Shown here: positions 9,626 to 18,194 of the stretch, piece by piece
How the letters are laid out: each line of letters starts with the position of its first letter
Position numbering within the stretch: the stretch's first letter is position 1
DNA from: an uncultured Amnibacterium sp.
Lineage (GTDB): Bacteria; Actinomycetota; Actinomycetes; Actinomycetales; Microbacteriaceae
Assembly (NCBI RefSeq): GCF_964245895.1
Contig: NZ_CAXTOQ010000003.1
Span: 3,187 to 67,186 of the forward strand
Direction of reading: 5' to 3'
Length of the DNA: 64,000 bases
Made by a program: the position numbers and the translations under genes
The notes under the pieces: generated by a model
What the model was told of the DNA's origin: nothing
Databases searched by the model: none
What the model saw: only the letters and a program-made list of their open reading frames with translations

Positions 9626-10355
9626 GGCGCACCTCCCGCTCGACCGCGGCGCGGCGGGCGCCGTCGATCAGCTCGACCGCCGCAGGGAGGAAGATCGGCG
9701 TGCCGCTCGGGATGCGCTGCGGGTCGTCGATGCCGTTCACCTCGGCGAGCCGCCGCCACAGCGCGGGGTCGCCGTACTCCGACCAGGCCAGCGCGGCGAG
9801 GCCGTCGCCCGCGTCGAACACGTGGACCCGCTTCGGCAGCAGCCCGCCGGACGTCGGGTTCTGCTTCGCCGTCTCCCCCGCGATCTCCTCGAGGTTCACC
9901 GTGCAGACCGCGCGCAGCGGCATCCCGCTCGGGGAGAAGAGGGTGTACTTCGCCGAGACGGACCGGACGAACGCGTGGAAGCCCGTCAGCTCCCCCCACC
10001 GGAACATCACCCAGGGCGCCGAGCTCGCCGCCTTCCCCCGGGTGTCGCTGGTCGGGACGCAGCACTCGAACAGCGCGTCGACGCTGTCCTTCACCGCCGA
10101 GCCCGGCTTGTCGCTGGTGTCGAAGAACATCTCCAGCGTGAGCTTCCCGGGCTCCGGTCCGGTGTACTGCGGCGGTCCGCTCGACTTCGCCCGCTTCGTC
10201 TTGTGGTGCTCCCAGTGGGCGGACTTCGTGAACGTGATCTCCTTCGGGTTGAACTGGAAGGTGATCTGCTTGCGCTCGGGACCCGGCGCGTCCAGCGAGT
10301 CCTTCCCCGGCTCGAAGACCCGCAGGTAGGCCTTCTCGAGCCCCTCGACGGCCAC
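9612..10355 (-). CDS. CIS tube initiator / LysM-domain baseplate protein
   Basis: ITFQFNPKEI, PWVMFRWG, NPTSGG motifs and C-terminal LysM-like EYGDPALWRRLAEVNGIDDP. Confidence 0.88.
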   Translation of the reverse strand: MAVEGLEKAYLRVFEPGKDSLDAPGPERKQITFQFNPKEITFTKSAHWEHHKTKRAKSSGPPQYTGPEPGKLTLEMFFDTSDKPGSAVKDSVDALFECCVPTSDTRGKAASSAPWVMFRWGELTGFHAFVRSVSAKYTLFSPSGMPLRAVCTVNLEEIAGETAKQNPTSGGLLPKRVHVFDAGDGLAALAWSEYGDPALWRRLAEVNGIDDPQRIPSGTPIFLPAAVELIDGARRAAVEREVRRAAR

Positions 10356-10359
10356 CGGC

Positions 10360-10794
10360 TCAGCCCCTGCTCGCGGTCACGCCGTGGTGCGCGATCTCGA
10401 GGGTCTCGGTCACGACCTTCGGGGAGTCGTTCGTCAACGACGGCCCGGTCCAGCGGACCGGGACCACCCCGTCCAGCGACCACACCACGACGGTCCTGCC
10501 CGCCGCGGTCATGGCGGAGATCGTGCCCGTGCCGCGGCGGTAGCCGGACATCAGCTTCGACATCCAGGTGACCACCGCGGCGCTCTCCGCACCCAGCGGC
10601 CGCGTGAGCTTGACGTTCGGGAACTTCAGCCGGGTCGGCAGCTGCCAGACGAAGCCGTTGTTCCCGCCCTCCTCCCGCGTCTCGAGCACGACCTCGATCC
10701 CCAGCCCCTCGCAGGAGGAGAAGGTGCCCAGGTCCGCCTCGTCGAGCTTGACGAGGTACCGCACGCTGACGGCGGTATCGGTGTCCTCGAGCAT
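10360..10794 (-). CDS. Phage tail tube protein 2 (T4 gp19-like)
   Basis: CEGLGIEV..REEGGNN, LPTRLKFPNVKLTR, VPVRWTGP, ETLEIAHHG motifs. Confidence 0.88.
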   Translation of the reverse strand: MLEDTDTAVSVRYLVKLDEADLGTFSSCEGLGIEVVLETREEGGNNGFVWQLPTRLKFPNVKLTRPLGAESAAVVTWMSKLMSGYRRGTGTISAMTAAGRTVVVWSLDGVVPVRWTGPSLTNDSPKVVTETLEIAHHGVTASRG

Positions 10795-10804
10795 GCTGCG
10801 CTCC

Positions 10805-12646
10805 TCAGAATCGGTTGGAGCGCACGCCGCGGCGCTCGCGTTCGGTGACCAGCTCGGCCTTGATCCGCCAGAGCAGCGCCGGCATCAGGCCGGCGGCGAG
10901 GCGGTCGAGGTCCTCGCGGGACGTCGGCACCTGCGGCGGGGCGGCCGGTCCCCCGGCGGTGCCCGCAGCGGGCGCCCCGCCGGCGGGAGGGGCCTCCATC
11001 GCCACGGGCTCGGGCGGCACCGGAGGCGGACCGGCCCCGTCCGGCCCCTCCCGCTGCACGACGGGATCCTCGGCCGTCGCGGGCGAACCGACGCGTACGG
11101 CCGGTCGCGGCAGCGGACGCGCGGGCGCGGAACCGCCGGCCGGCTCCGGCCACGAGCGCGCGACGGGGAGGCGCTGCAGCGGCAGCGCGCCGACGGGCTC
11201 GGCCTGCCGTGACGGCTCACCGAACCGCAGCGTCGGAGCCGGCCGTCGACCCGATCCCGGCTCCCCCGCGTCGGGCGCGCCGACCGGGACGGGCGTCCGG
11301 TCGACCCACCGCGCCGGGAGGGGAGGCGCGTCGTCCACCTCCCACGTCCGTCGCTGGAGGTCGACGACGGCGGCCGACGCCCGGGGCGCCGACGTCGGCA
11401 GGGTCGACCACGCCGGAGTCTCTGGCTCGTCCGCCGCTGCAGGCGCCGGGCTCCCGGCGACGCCCGGCGCTTCGAAGGTGAGCGGCTGGACGGGCGCGAA
11501 CGGCTCGACGCGTTCGGGCAGCGCGACGCGGGCGGCCCGGATCGGCGCTTCCGGGAGGTCGGAGTGCGCGCGGGACGGCCCCGGCCGACCGAGCCCGACG
11601 GGCTGCGGCGCGTCCGGCGCACCCTGCAGCACGCCGGGCGCGACACCTCCAGGTGTCGGAGGAGCGGACTGCCGGGCGGCCACCTCGGTCGCCTCGACGA
11701 CGTCCGACGGGCTCGCTCCGCCTCCCCGGACCGGCGCGACCGGATCGAGCCGCGTCCGCTGGATCATCGGCCCGGACGGGTCCAGCCGGTCGATGGTCGC
11801 CTCCGGTGACGACGACGGCAGCTCGAGGTGCGGCTCGAGGAACGGGTCGGACGGCGGGGTCGGGGGTGCGGCCTCCGGCGTCGACATGGCGGGCTGGAGT
11901 GACGGCTCCTGCCTCGCAGGTCGCGCGTCGATCGGCCGGACCGCCCGGGCACCCGCCTCCCGCTGCACCGGGGTCGGCGCGGAAGCCGCAGCCGACTCGG
12001 CAACCCGGCCGCGCGCGCTCCGCTGCACCGCCTGCTGGATCCGTTGCGCGATCGGCCGCCCAGGTTTGGCGGCGATCGGCCCGGGCCCGGCGGACGGTCC
12101 CGACGTCCATGCCGCGGCGGGCATGGATGCGGCCGCCGGGCGCGCGGACGCGACCGGGATCGCCGGGGGCCCGGCGACGTGCTCGCCCTCCGGCTCCCGG
12201 GTCGGGATCGCGGTCGCGATCGGCGGCGCGGCCGCCTCCGCCGTTTCCGCGTCCAGCTCCGTCCGGGGCTCGACGACCGGCTCCTCATCGCCCTCGGCGG
12301 CGAGGTCGCGCGCGGCGGCGCCGGTCGGGGCAGGCGCGGCGCGGACCATCGGCGCGGTCGACGGGGCGAGCGCTCGCGAGACCGTCGGCCCCCGCCGCTC
12401 GGGGGCGTCGAGCTCGATGACCCCGCTCGGTCCGTCGAGCCTCCGGCCGGAGCCGATCGACGGCGCGACGAGGCTCGGATCCGACCAGGCCGCGAGGCGA
12501 CCGGGGAAGGAGGCGGGTGCTGACACCAGCTCGATCGAGCCCACCGTCCGCTGCAGGGGCGGCAGGAAGCGCCAGCCGGCCGGCGCCGGAGGCCGGGTCA
12601 CGGGTGCCGGGGGCTCTGCGTCCCGGCGCTGCCACGGCCAGCGCAT
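10805..12646 (-). CDS. Pro/Ala-rich low-complexity CIS protein (613 aa) in the tape-measure position
   Basis: Co-oriented inside the CIS operon; N-terminus MRWPWQRR..GWRFLPPLQRTVG, C-terminal helix DLDRLAAGLMPALLWRIKAELVTERERRG; middle largely disordered. Confidence 0.7.
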   Translation of the reverse strand: MRWPWQRRDAEPPAPVTRPPAPAGWRFLPPLQRTVGSIELVSAPASFPGRLAAWSDPSLVAPSIGSGRRLDGPSGVIELDAPERRGPTVSRALAPSTAPMVRAAPAPTGAAARDLAAEGDEEPVVEPRTELDAETAEAAAPPIATAIPTREPEGEHVAGPPAIPVASARPAAASMPAAAWTSGPSAGPGPIAAKPGRPIAQRIQQAVQRSARGRVAESAAASAPTPVQREAGARAVRPIDARPARQEPSLQPAMSTPEAAPPTPPSDPFLEPHLELPSSSPEATIDRLDPSGPMIQRTRLDPVAPVRGGGASPSDVVEATEVAARQSAPPTPGGVAPGVLQGAPDAPQPVGLGRPGPSRAHSDLPEAPIRAARVALPERVEPFAPVQPLTFEAPGVAGSPAPAAADEPETPAWSTLPTSAPRASAAVVDLQRRTWEVDDAPPLPARWVDRTPVPVGAPDAGEPGSGRRPAPTLRFGEPSRQAEPVGALPLQRLPVARSWPEPAGGSAPARPLPRPAVRVGSPATAEDPVVQREGPDGAGPPPVPPEPVAMEAPPAGGAPAAGTAGGPAAPPQVPTSREDLDRLAAGLMPALLWRIKAELVTERERRGVRSNRF

Positions 12647-12649
12647 GCG

Positions 12650-12808
12650 TCAGCCGCCTTCCGCGGAGCGACGGTTCAGCTCCGAGATCGCCTCGACGTA
12701 GCGCAGCCGCTCGCGGTGCTCCAGGTCCAGGATGTCGTCGAGCGGCCAGTGGAAGTGGTAGGCGATGTACGCGACCTCCTCGCGGATGCGGTCGGTCGCG
12801 TACGTCAC
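12650..12808 (-). CDS. DUF6760-like small protein (resembles gpT/gpE' chaperone extension)
   Basis: VTYATDRIREEVAYIAYHFHWPLDDILDLEHRERLRYVEAISELN; lies in the -1 frame, overlapping the upstream stop by GTGA. Confidence 0.85.
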   Translation of the reverse strand: MTYATDRIREEVAYIAYHFHWPLDDILDLEHRERLRYVEAISELNRRSAEGG

Positions 12809-12817
12809 GATTCCCCC
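12767..12817 (-). promoter_or_regulatory. Candidate programmed -1 ribosomal frameshift signal: GGGGGAA slippery heptamer plus downstream stem-loop
   Basis: mRNA reads CTG GGG GAA TCG TGA; heptamer at 12817-12811, 7-nt spacer, perfect stem GTACGCGACC (12803-12794) / GGTCGCGTAC (12776-12767). Confidence 0.6.
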
Positions 12818-13218
12818 AGGCGACCACCTGCCAGGTCGGCCGTGAACCGGTGCTCGCACGCCGGGCAGGTGATCGCGATCCGCGTGTGGCCCTCGGCGTT
12901 GATCCGCCGGTAGAAGTCCTGCAGGAAAGCGACGTCGGACGCGTACATGCGCTCGACGACGCCGGCGTCGACCTTCGGCAGGGAGCCGAGCCGGGTGATC
13001 ACCCGGCCGAGCAGCACCACCGTCGTCCAGGCCGCGTGCTCCTGGACCTTGGCGTCGAACAGCGGCAGCAGCTCGTCCCTGGCCGTGGCGAGCCGCATCG
13101 TGCCGGACCGGTGCACCGCGCCGTCGTCGCCCAGGTAGCCGCGCGGCAGCTCGAAGTCGAACTCGGTCCGCAGCGCGGCCTGCTCCTCCTCCGCGGCGAC
13201 GGACACCGTGCGCTGCAT
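12805..13218 (-). CDS. Probable tail assembly chaperone of the CIS (C-terminal CxxC)
   Basis: TEFDFELPRGY, GTMRLATARDE, FLQDFYRRIN, ITCPACEHRF..GGRLGES; immediately after the tube gene, the chaperone position in contractile tails. Confidence 0.7.
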   Translation of the reverse strand: MQRTVSVAAEEEQAALRTEFDFELPRGYLGDDGAVHRSGTMRLATARDELLPLFDAKVQEHAAWTTVVLLGRVITRLGSLPKVDAGVVERMYASDVAFLQDFYRRINAEGHTRIAITCPACEHRFTADLAGGRLGES

Positions 13219-13661
13219 CAGCCCACGCTCGACTCGTCGTAGCAGACCGTGAACTTCTCGGTCGCCTGCTCGGCCGCACCCGCCTTCAGCGAGTTCAGCT
13301 CGACGCTGCGCACCCAGCAGTTGGTGAAGCTGTACGTCTTGATGGTGTCGCCCTTGTAGTCGAGCAGCGCCACCGACGCGGTCTTCCTCGCCCCGGCGAC
13401 GTCGCCGTCCATGACGACCTTCAGCCAGTCCGTGACCGTCTTGCTCTCGGTGAGCCCGCGGGTCACGGTGAACTCGCCCGCCTTCACCCGGCCGATCAGC
13501 TGCCGCACGATGTACTTGCCGTCCGAGGTCTGCTGCTTCAGCTCGATCTTGTCGACCTCGCTCTTCAGCCCGCTGACCTCGGTGACCTTCGGCACCTCGA
13601 TGCCGTCGATCTTGACGATGAAGCCGTTGGCCGGCGACGAGTCGAACTTGTCCAGCGCCAT
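13218..13661 (-). CDS. Major tail tube protein (T4 gp19-like, Hcp-fold)
   Basis: FIVKIDG, EVSGLKSE, FTVTRG, RKTASVALLD, YSFTNCW motifs; follows sheath. Confidence 0.92.
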   Translation of the reverse strand: MALDKFDSSPANGFIVKIDGIEVPKVTEVSGLKSEVDKIELKQQTSDGKYIVRQLIGRVKAGEFTVTRGLTESKTVTDWLKVVMDGDVAGARKTASVALLDYKGDTIKTYSFTNCWVRSVELNSLKAGAAEQATEKFTVCYDESSVG

Positions 13662-13690
13662 GTCGGGTCACTCCTCTCGATCAGGGTCGG

Positions 13691-15232
13691 TCACTCGCCG
13701 ACCAGGCCGGTGCCGCTCGAGAACTGCGCCAGCTGGAACACCACGAACTCCGCCGGCTTCACCGGGGCGACGCCGATCTGGCAGATCACCTGGCCCGCGT
13801 CGATGACCTCGGGCGGGTTGGTCTCCGCGTCGCACTTCACGAAGAACGCCTCCTGCTCGAGCGAGCCGAACAGCGAGCCCGCGCGCCACTCGTTCAGCAG
13901 GAAGGCGCGGATCGTGCGGGTCAGCCGGCCCCACAGCGCCTGGTCGTTCGGCTCGAACACCGCGAACTGGGTCTGGGTGAGGATCGACTTCTCGAGGTAG
14001 TTGAACAGCCGCCGGAGGTTGACGTAGCGCCAGGCGGGATCGCTCGAGAGGGTGCGGGCGCCCCAGACGCGGATGCCGCCGCCGGGGAAGCTGCGGATGA
14101 CGTTGACCCCGATCGGGTTCAGCAGCTCCTGCTCCGTGCGCGTGATCCTGGTGTGCAGGTCGACGGCGCCGCGGACGATCTCGTTCGCCGGCGCCTTGTG
14201 CACGCCGCGCTCGGCGTCGTTCCTGGCCCAGATCCCGGCCACGTGCCCGGAGGGGGGCACGAACCGGATCGTGCTGGTCACCGGGTCCTGCACCTTCACC
14301 CACGGGTAGTACAGGGCGGCGAACTTCGAGTCGTAGCCGGCGGTGCTCACCCGCCACTCGCGCACCTGCTGCGCGTTCATGCCGGGCGGGGAATCCAGGA
14401 TCGCCAGCCGGTCGCCCATCAGCTCGCAGTGGCTGATGACCCCCAGCTGCACGGCCTTCACGGTCTCGAGGTCGATCGCGCCCTGCTCGTAGGCGGCCAT
14501 CAGGTCCGGGACCGTCACCATCGTGACCTCCTCGATGGCCTCGAGGCCGCCGAACCCGGTCCGCTCGGCGGCGTCGCCGATGTAGCTGGCCGCGTCCACG
14601 GCACCGGGGACGGAGAGGTCGGTCGTGGCCGCCGTGGTCAGCTCGTAGGTGCCCTGGAGGGGGCCTGCGGCCGGCACCGGCTGCGACGCGACCTCGATGG
14701 CGACGAGCTTCGACTCGGCCGTGACCCTGGTCGCCACGAAGTCGGGGCTGGTCGGCGTGACGGACAGCCGCTCCCAGCTCTCGCTGCTCTTCCCCTCCGC
14801 CGACACGGTGACGTTCACGAGGTCGCCGCCCGGGTCGTCGCCGGTCGCCGGCTCGAACGCGACCTTCACGCCCTTCGTCGACGCGGCCTTCGCGGTCAGC
14901 AGGTAGCCGCCGGTCGACGCGGCGGCGAGCGCCGCGGTCGGCTTGGCTCCGCGTGCCGGTCGGCTCTTCGCCGCGGTGATGCGGACGATGTAGCAGTTGC
15001 CGCCGCCGTTGTTGAAGTACCCGTAGACGGCGTACCCGAGGTAGGAGCCGGCGGCGAGCCCGCCGAAGGTGTCGACGAACTGCGTCCAGTTCGACACGAG
15101 CGTCGGCGTGTTCTCGGGCCCGATCGGCGCGACGCCGACGAACGCGGCGACGGCGGTGCCGACGCCCTCGATCGGGCGCGTGCCGGCCTCGACCTCCTGC
15201 ACGTACACGCCGGGCGACAGATAGGTGGGCAT
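13691..15232 (-). CDS. Contractile tail sheath protein
   Basis: MPTYLSPGVYVQEV, YYPWVKVQDP, PPSGHVAGIWARND..RGVHKAPAN, WGARTLS, KPAEFVVF motifs. Confidence 0.96.
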   Translation of the reverse strand: MPTYLSPGVYVQEVEAGTRPIEGVGTAVAAFVGVAPIGPENTPTLVSNWTQFVDTFGGLAAGSYLGYAVYGYFNNGGGNCYIVRITAAKSRPARGAKPTAALAAASTGGYLLTAKAASTKGVKVAFEPATGDDPGGDLVNVTVSAEGKSSESWERLSVTPTSPDFVATRVTAESKLVAIEVASQPVPAAGPLQGTYELTTAATTDLSVPGAVDAASYIGDAAERTGFGGLEAIEEVTMVTVPDLMAAYEQGAIDLETVKAVQLGVISHCELMGDRLAILDSPPGMNAQQVREWRVSTAGYDSKFAALYYPWVKVQDPVTSTIRFVPPSGHVAGIWARNDAERGVHKAPANEIVRGAVDLHTRITRTEQELLNPIGVNVIRSFPGGGIRVWGARTLSSDPAWRYVNLRRLFNYLEKSILTQTQFAVFEPNDQALWGRLTRTIRAFLLNEWRAGSLFGSLEQEAFFVKCDAETNPPEVIDAGQVICQIGVAPVKPAEFVVFQLAQFSSGTGLVGE

Positions 15233-15320
15233 CAGGCTCCTCCGGGCGTTCTCACCGAGTCGGTGGGGCCAGCCTCCCCGGCGCAGGATCGCCGCACCCG
15301 TGCCCGCTGGTCCCGTGCGC

Positions 15321-15337
15321 GGGCACGCCGATCGCCC
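15321..15337. promoter_or_regulatory. GGGCA-N7-(T/C)GCCC palindrome, one mismatch, upstream of the sheath operon
   Basis: GGGCA CGCCGAT CGCCC; same spacing as the perfect copies at 22509 and 23235. Confidence 0.4.
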
Positions 15338-15405
15338 ATTCGGGCGGTGCGCGGGGGCAGCCGGTCACGAAACCGGTCGTTCGGGTCCGCATTCCGCGGC
15401 GCGGG

Positions 15406-15421
15406 GAGAACACACGTTCGA
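15406..15421. promoter_or_regulatory. LexA (SOS) box-like site
   Basis: GAGAAC ACAC GTTCGA, perfect GAAC-N4-GTTC core, about 35 bp upstream of the DUF222/HNH gene. Confidence 0.6.
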
Positions 15422-15454
15422 AGGTCTGTCGGTGGGTGGTGGTGTGATGGCCGT

Positions 15455-16779
15455 ATGGAAGAGGAGCGAGCCGCCGAGCCGGCCCCGTCGTCGACGGCCG
15501 AGCGTGATACGTGCTTCCTGCACACGCTGGAGCACACCGACCGGCTCGCGAACACGGCGGACGCGATGCGGTTGCAGGTGATGGCGGCCGGGTTCGAGGC
15601 GATGCTGCTGGACGAGGAGGAGCAGACCGGGATCATGCCTGCGCCGGATGATCCGGCGGTGCGGGCCTTCTTCCTCGACCAGTCGATCCGGCTGCGCACC
15701 ACGCGGCAGGCCGTGGAGGCGCGGATCGCGACGGCCCGGGTGCTGCAGGCGACGCTGCCGGCCACCTGGGCGGTGTTCCTGAGCGGCCGGGCGACGGAGC
15801 GCGGGGTGACGGTGGCGGCCGAGCAGGCCGAGGGCCTCGACGCGCAGCTTCGGCCGGCCTACGACACCAGGGCGGCCGAGCTCGTGCAGACGGAGCGGCC
15901 GAGCGTGCTGGAGCGGGAGCTCGGCGCGATCCGTGACCGGCTCGATCCGGACGGGGCGACGGCGCGCCACCGTCGGGAGACCGAACGGCGGCATCTGCGC
16001 GTCCGCGCGGATCGGGACGGGCAGGCGACGTTGACGATCCGGTCGACCGCGACGGACATCGCCGCGATGGTCGACAAGGTCCGCCGCGACGCCGTCGTCG
16101 CCCACGGGCGGCAGGGCGAATGCCGCACCCTCAGCCAGTTGGAGGTCGACCGCATCGCCGACGCCGTCCTCGGCGCCCCGACGATCGACGCGAGCGAGGC
16201 GCAGAGTCCCTCCTACCCGCTCGAGCGACTCGGTTCGAGCGAGCATCCGAGCGGAAGACGATCCAGGCGACGATCCTGGTCACGATGACGGCGCAGACCG
16301 CCACGGGCGCATCGGACGAGCCGGCCACGGTCGCTGGGATGGGCGCGATCGACGCCGACACCGCCCGGCACCTCCTCGCCCACACGCTGACCTGGACCCG
16401 GGCTCTGATCGACCCCGTCGACGAATCCGTCCTCGGAATCGACACCCACGAGCGCTACATCCCGGCCGGGTTGCGGAAGCTGATCCACCTGCGGATGCCG
16501 ACCTGCGTGGGTGACGACTGCGGGCTGCCATCCCACCGCACCGACCTCGACCACCTCGTCCGCCATGAGCACGACGGCCGCACCCGCCACGACAACCTGC
16601 AACCGCTGTGCCGCAAGGCCCATCAGATGAAGGACGAGGGCTTCATCGACGTCGTGATGGGCTCGGACGGCATCCCGGTCCTGCGAACGAAGTGGGGCGC
16701 CACGCGGCGCGCCAGGGTCGCCTTCACGGCGAGACCCCGCGCACCAGGGATCGAGCTCCCCGACGATCCGCCCTTCTGA
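15455..16779 (+). pseudogene. DUF222 + HNH endonuclease (13E12-like) gene split by a frameshift near 16221-16242
   Basis: Frame 1 from MEEERAAE gives DUF222-like helices (ARHRRETERRHLRV, RTLSQLEVD); frame 2 gives PATVAGMGAIDADTAR, TCVGDDC, DLDH..RHEHDGRT..DNLQPLCRKAH. Confidence 0.75.
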
Positions 16780-16844
16780 CGACCGGTGCGGGAATCGGCT
16801 CCCTTGGCGCGCACGGGCCTTGCGTTGAGACGATGACCGCGTCG

Positions 16845-18113
16845 CTACTTCGAGAGGGCGATGCTCTCCCGGTAGCCCCTGGCCCAACCGAGCAGGGCCT
16901 GCTGCCAGCCCGACGAGTTCGGCGAGTACCAATGCCCGGTCAAGGTGACTTTGGCTAACCCGGAGATACCGATCGCATTCAGTCGATCTTCGATGTCCGT
17001 GCCGACGTCGTACTTGTAGTCATCGGCTGCCTGGGGCGCGGTCGGCGACTTACCACCCTGGGCGGCGCCGACATCGCGCCTCATCTTGGCGATTCCGGCG
17101 GCGGCCGCCGACTCCCTCAGGATCCACGCTGCCCACATGTACCGCTCGTAGATCTTCGCGATCTCCCCCGCGGACAGCAGCTCCTCCGCCCCCGAGCAGA
17201 TCGAGGAGATCTCCGTGAACAGCTGCTGATACTCCGCCTCGGTCCCCGCAGCGTCGAACTTCGCAACATCGTCATCCGACATGGCCGCCAGACTCGTTGC
17301 CCGGTCACTGAAGCTCGCCTCGACCTCCCGCTCGTATCCGGCGAGCGACTCCAGATTGGAGGTGAGGAAGCCGACCGCGGTCTGATCGACGGCGGCGCCG
17401 GGAGTCTTCACCCCGAGATCGTTGTTCGAGGGAGCCTCGGGCACCTGGCCGGCCTTCGAACTCGCGTTCGCGACCTGGTTCCCCCGGATGTTCGTGACGT
17501 AGCCGCCAACGGCCGCAACAGCCGGATTCTCCGCCGTCTCGACGATCTTCTTGATCCGTCGAGCCCGCAGCCCGAGCGTGGTGAACTTCTTACCGAGCGC
17601 GCCCAATCCGGCCATCGCGAGCGGCTCGAAGGCACCGGCGGTGCCGACCGCGATCACCAGACCGATCACCTGAGCCTTCATCGCGTCGGTCTGCGCTTGC
17701 GCGGACTGCGCAGTCTGGAATCCGGCCGTCGCCTGATCGATGCCGTTCGTGATGCGATAGATCGCCTGCTGATAGCTCGCGCGGCGCTCCCCGAACTTCG
17801 CTCGCCACTTCACGTCGATGGCCAGGGCGTTCGACCTCGCCCGATCGGCGGCTCGCGCCTTCTCGAGATCAGCGACCCTGGAGTCGAGCGACGGCTTCGG
17901 GGGCTCGCGTTGGATCGCGGAGACCGGTCCGCGAGCCGTTGTCGTGCTGCGAGCGAGCATCGCGATCGTCGCCTGGTTCCCGGCCTGCTTCTGCAGGCGC
18001 AGCATCTCCGAGGCCGGCGGCGCGCTCGTCGACGATCTGGACTCGACGGCCGCGGCCCGGGCAGTCCGCTGCCGCTCGTGGTTCGGCTCCTCGCGACCCA
18101 GGCGTTCAGCCAT
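16845..18113 (-). CDS. Hypothetical protein (422 aa), candidate CIS cargo/effector
   Basis: Start MAERLGREEP after GGAGGGG SD; LRLQKQAGNQAT leader like DUF4157; hydrophobic hairpin VIGLVIAVGTAGAFEPLAMAGLGALG; lower GC and an in-frame TTA codon. Confidence 0.7.
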   Translation of the reverse strand: MAERLGREEPNHERQRTARAAAVESRSSTSAPPASEMLRLQKQAGNQATIAMLARSTTTARGPVSAIQREPPKPSLDSRVADLEKARAADRARSNALAIDVKWRAKFGERRASYQQAIYRITNGIDQATAGFQTAQSAQAQTDAMKAQVIGLVIAVGTAGAFEPLAMAGLGALGKKFTTLGLRARRIKKIVETAENPAVAAVGGYVTNIRGNQVANASSKAGQVPEAPSNNDLGVKTPGAAVDQTAVGFLTSNLESLAGYEREVEASFSDRATSLAAMSDDDVAKFDAAGTEAEYQQLFTEISSICSGAEELLSAGEIAKIYERYMWAAWILRESAAAAGIAKMRRDVGAAQGGKSPTAPQAADDYKYDVGTDIEDRLNAIGISGLAKVTLTGHWYSPNSSGWQQALLGWARGYRESIALSK

Positions 18114-18194
18114 GGCAGTGATCCCCTCCGCTCGACGCCAGCGGCTTACAGATGCGAGAGCGCTCCGCCGATCCACGCCTCAACGCAGAGCGGC

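Noticed and set aside
16956-16958. bldA-style translational control through the TTA codon in the effector
   Set aside because: That mechanism is established for Streptomyces; here the codon is more simply explained by foreign origin
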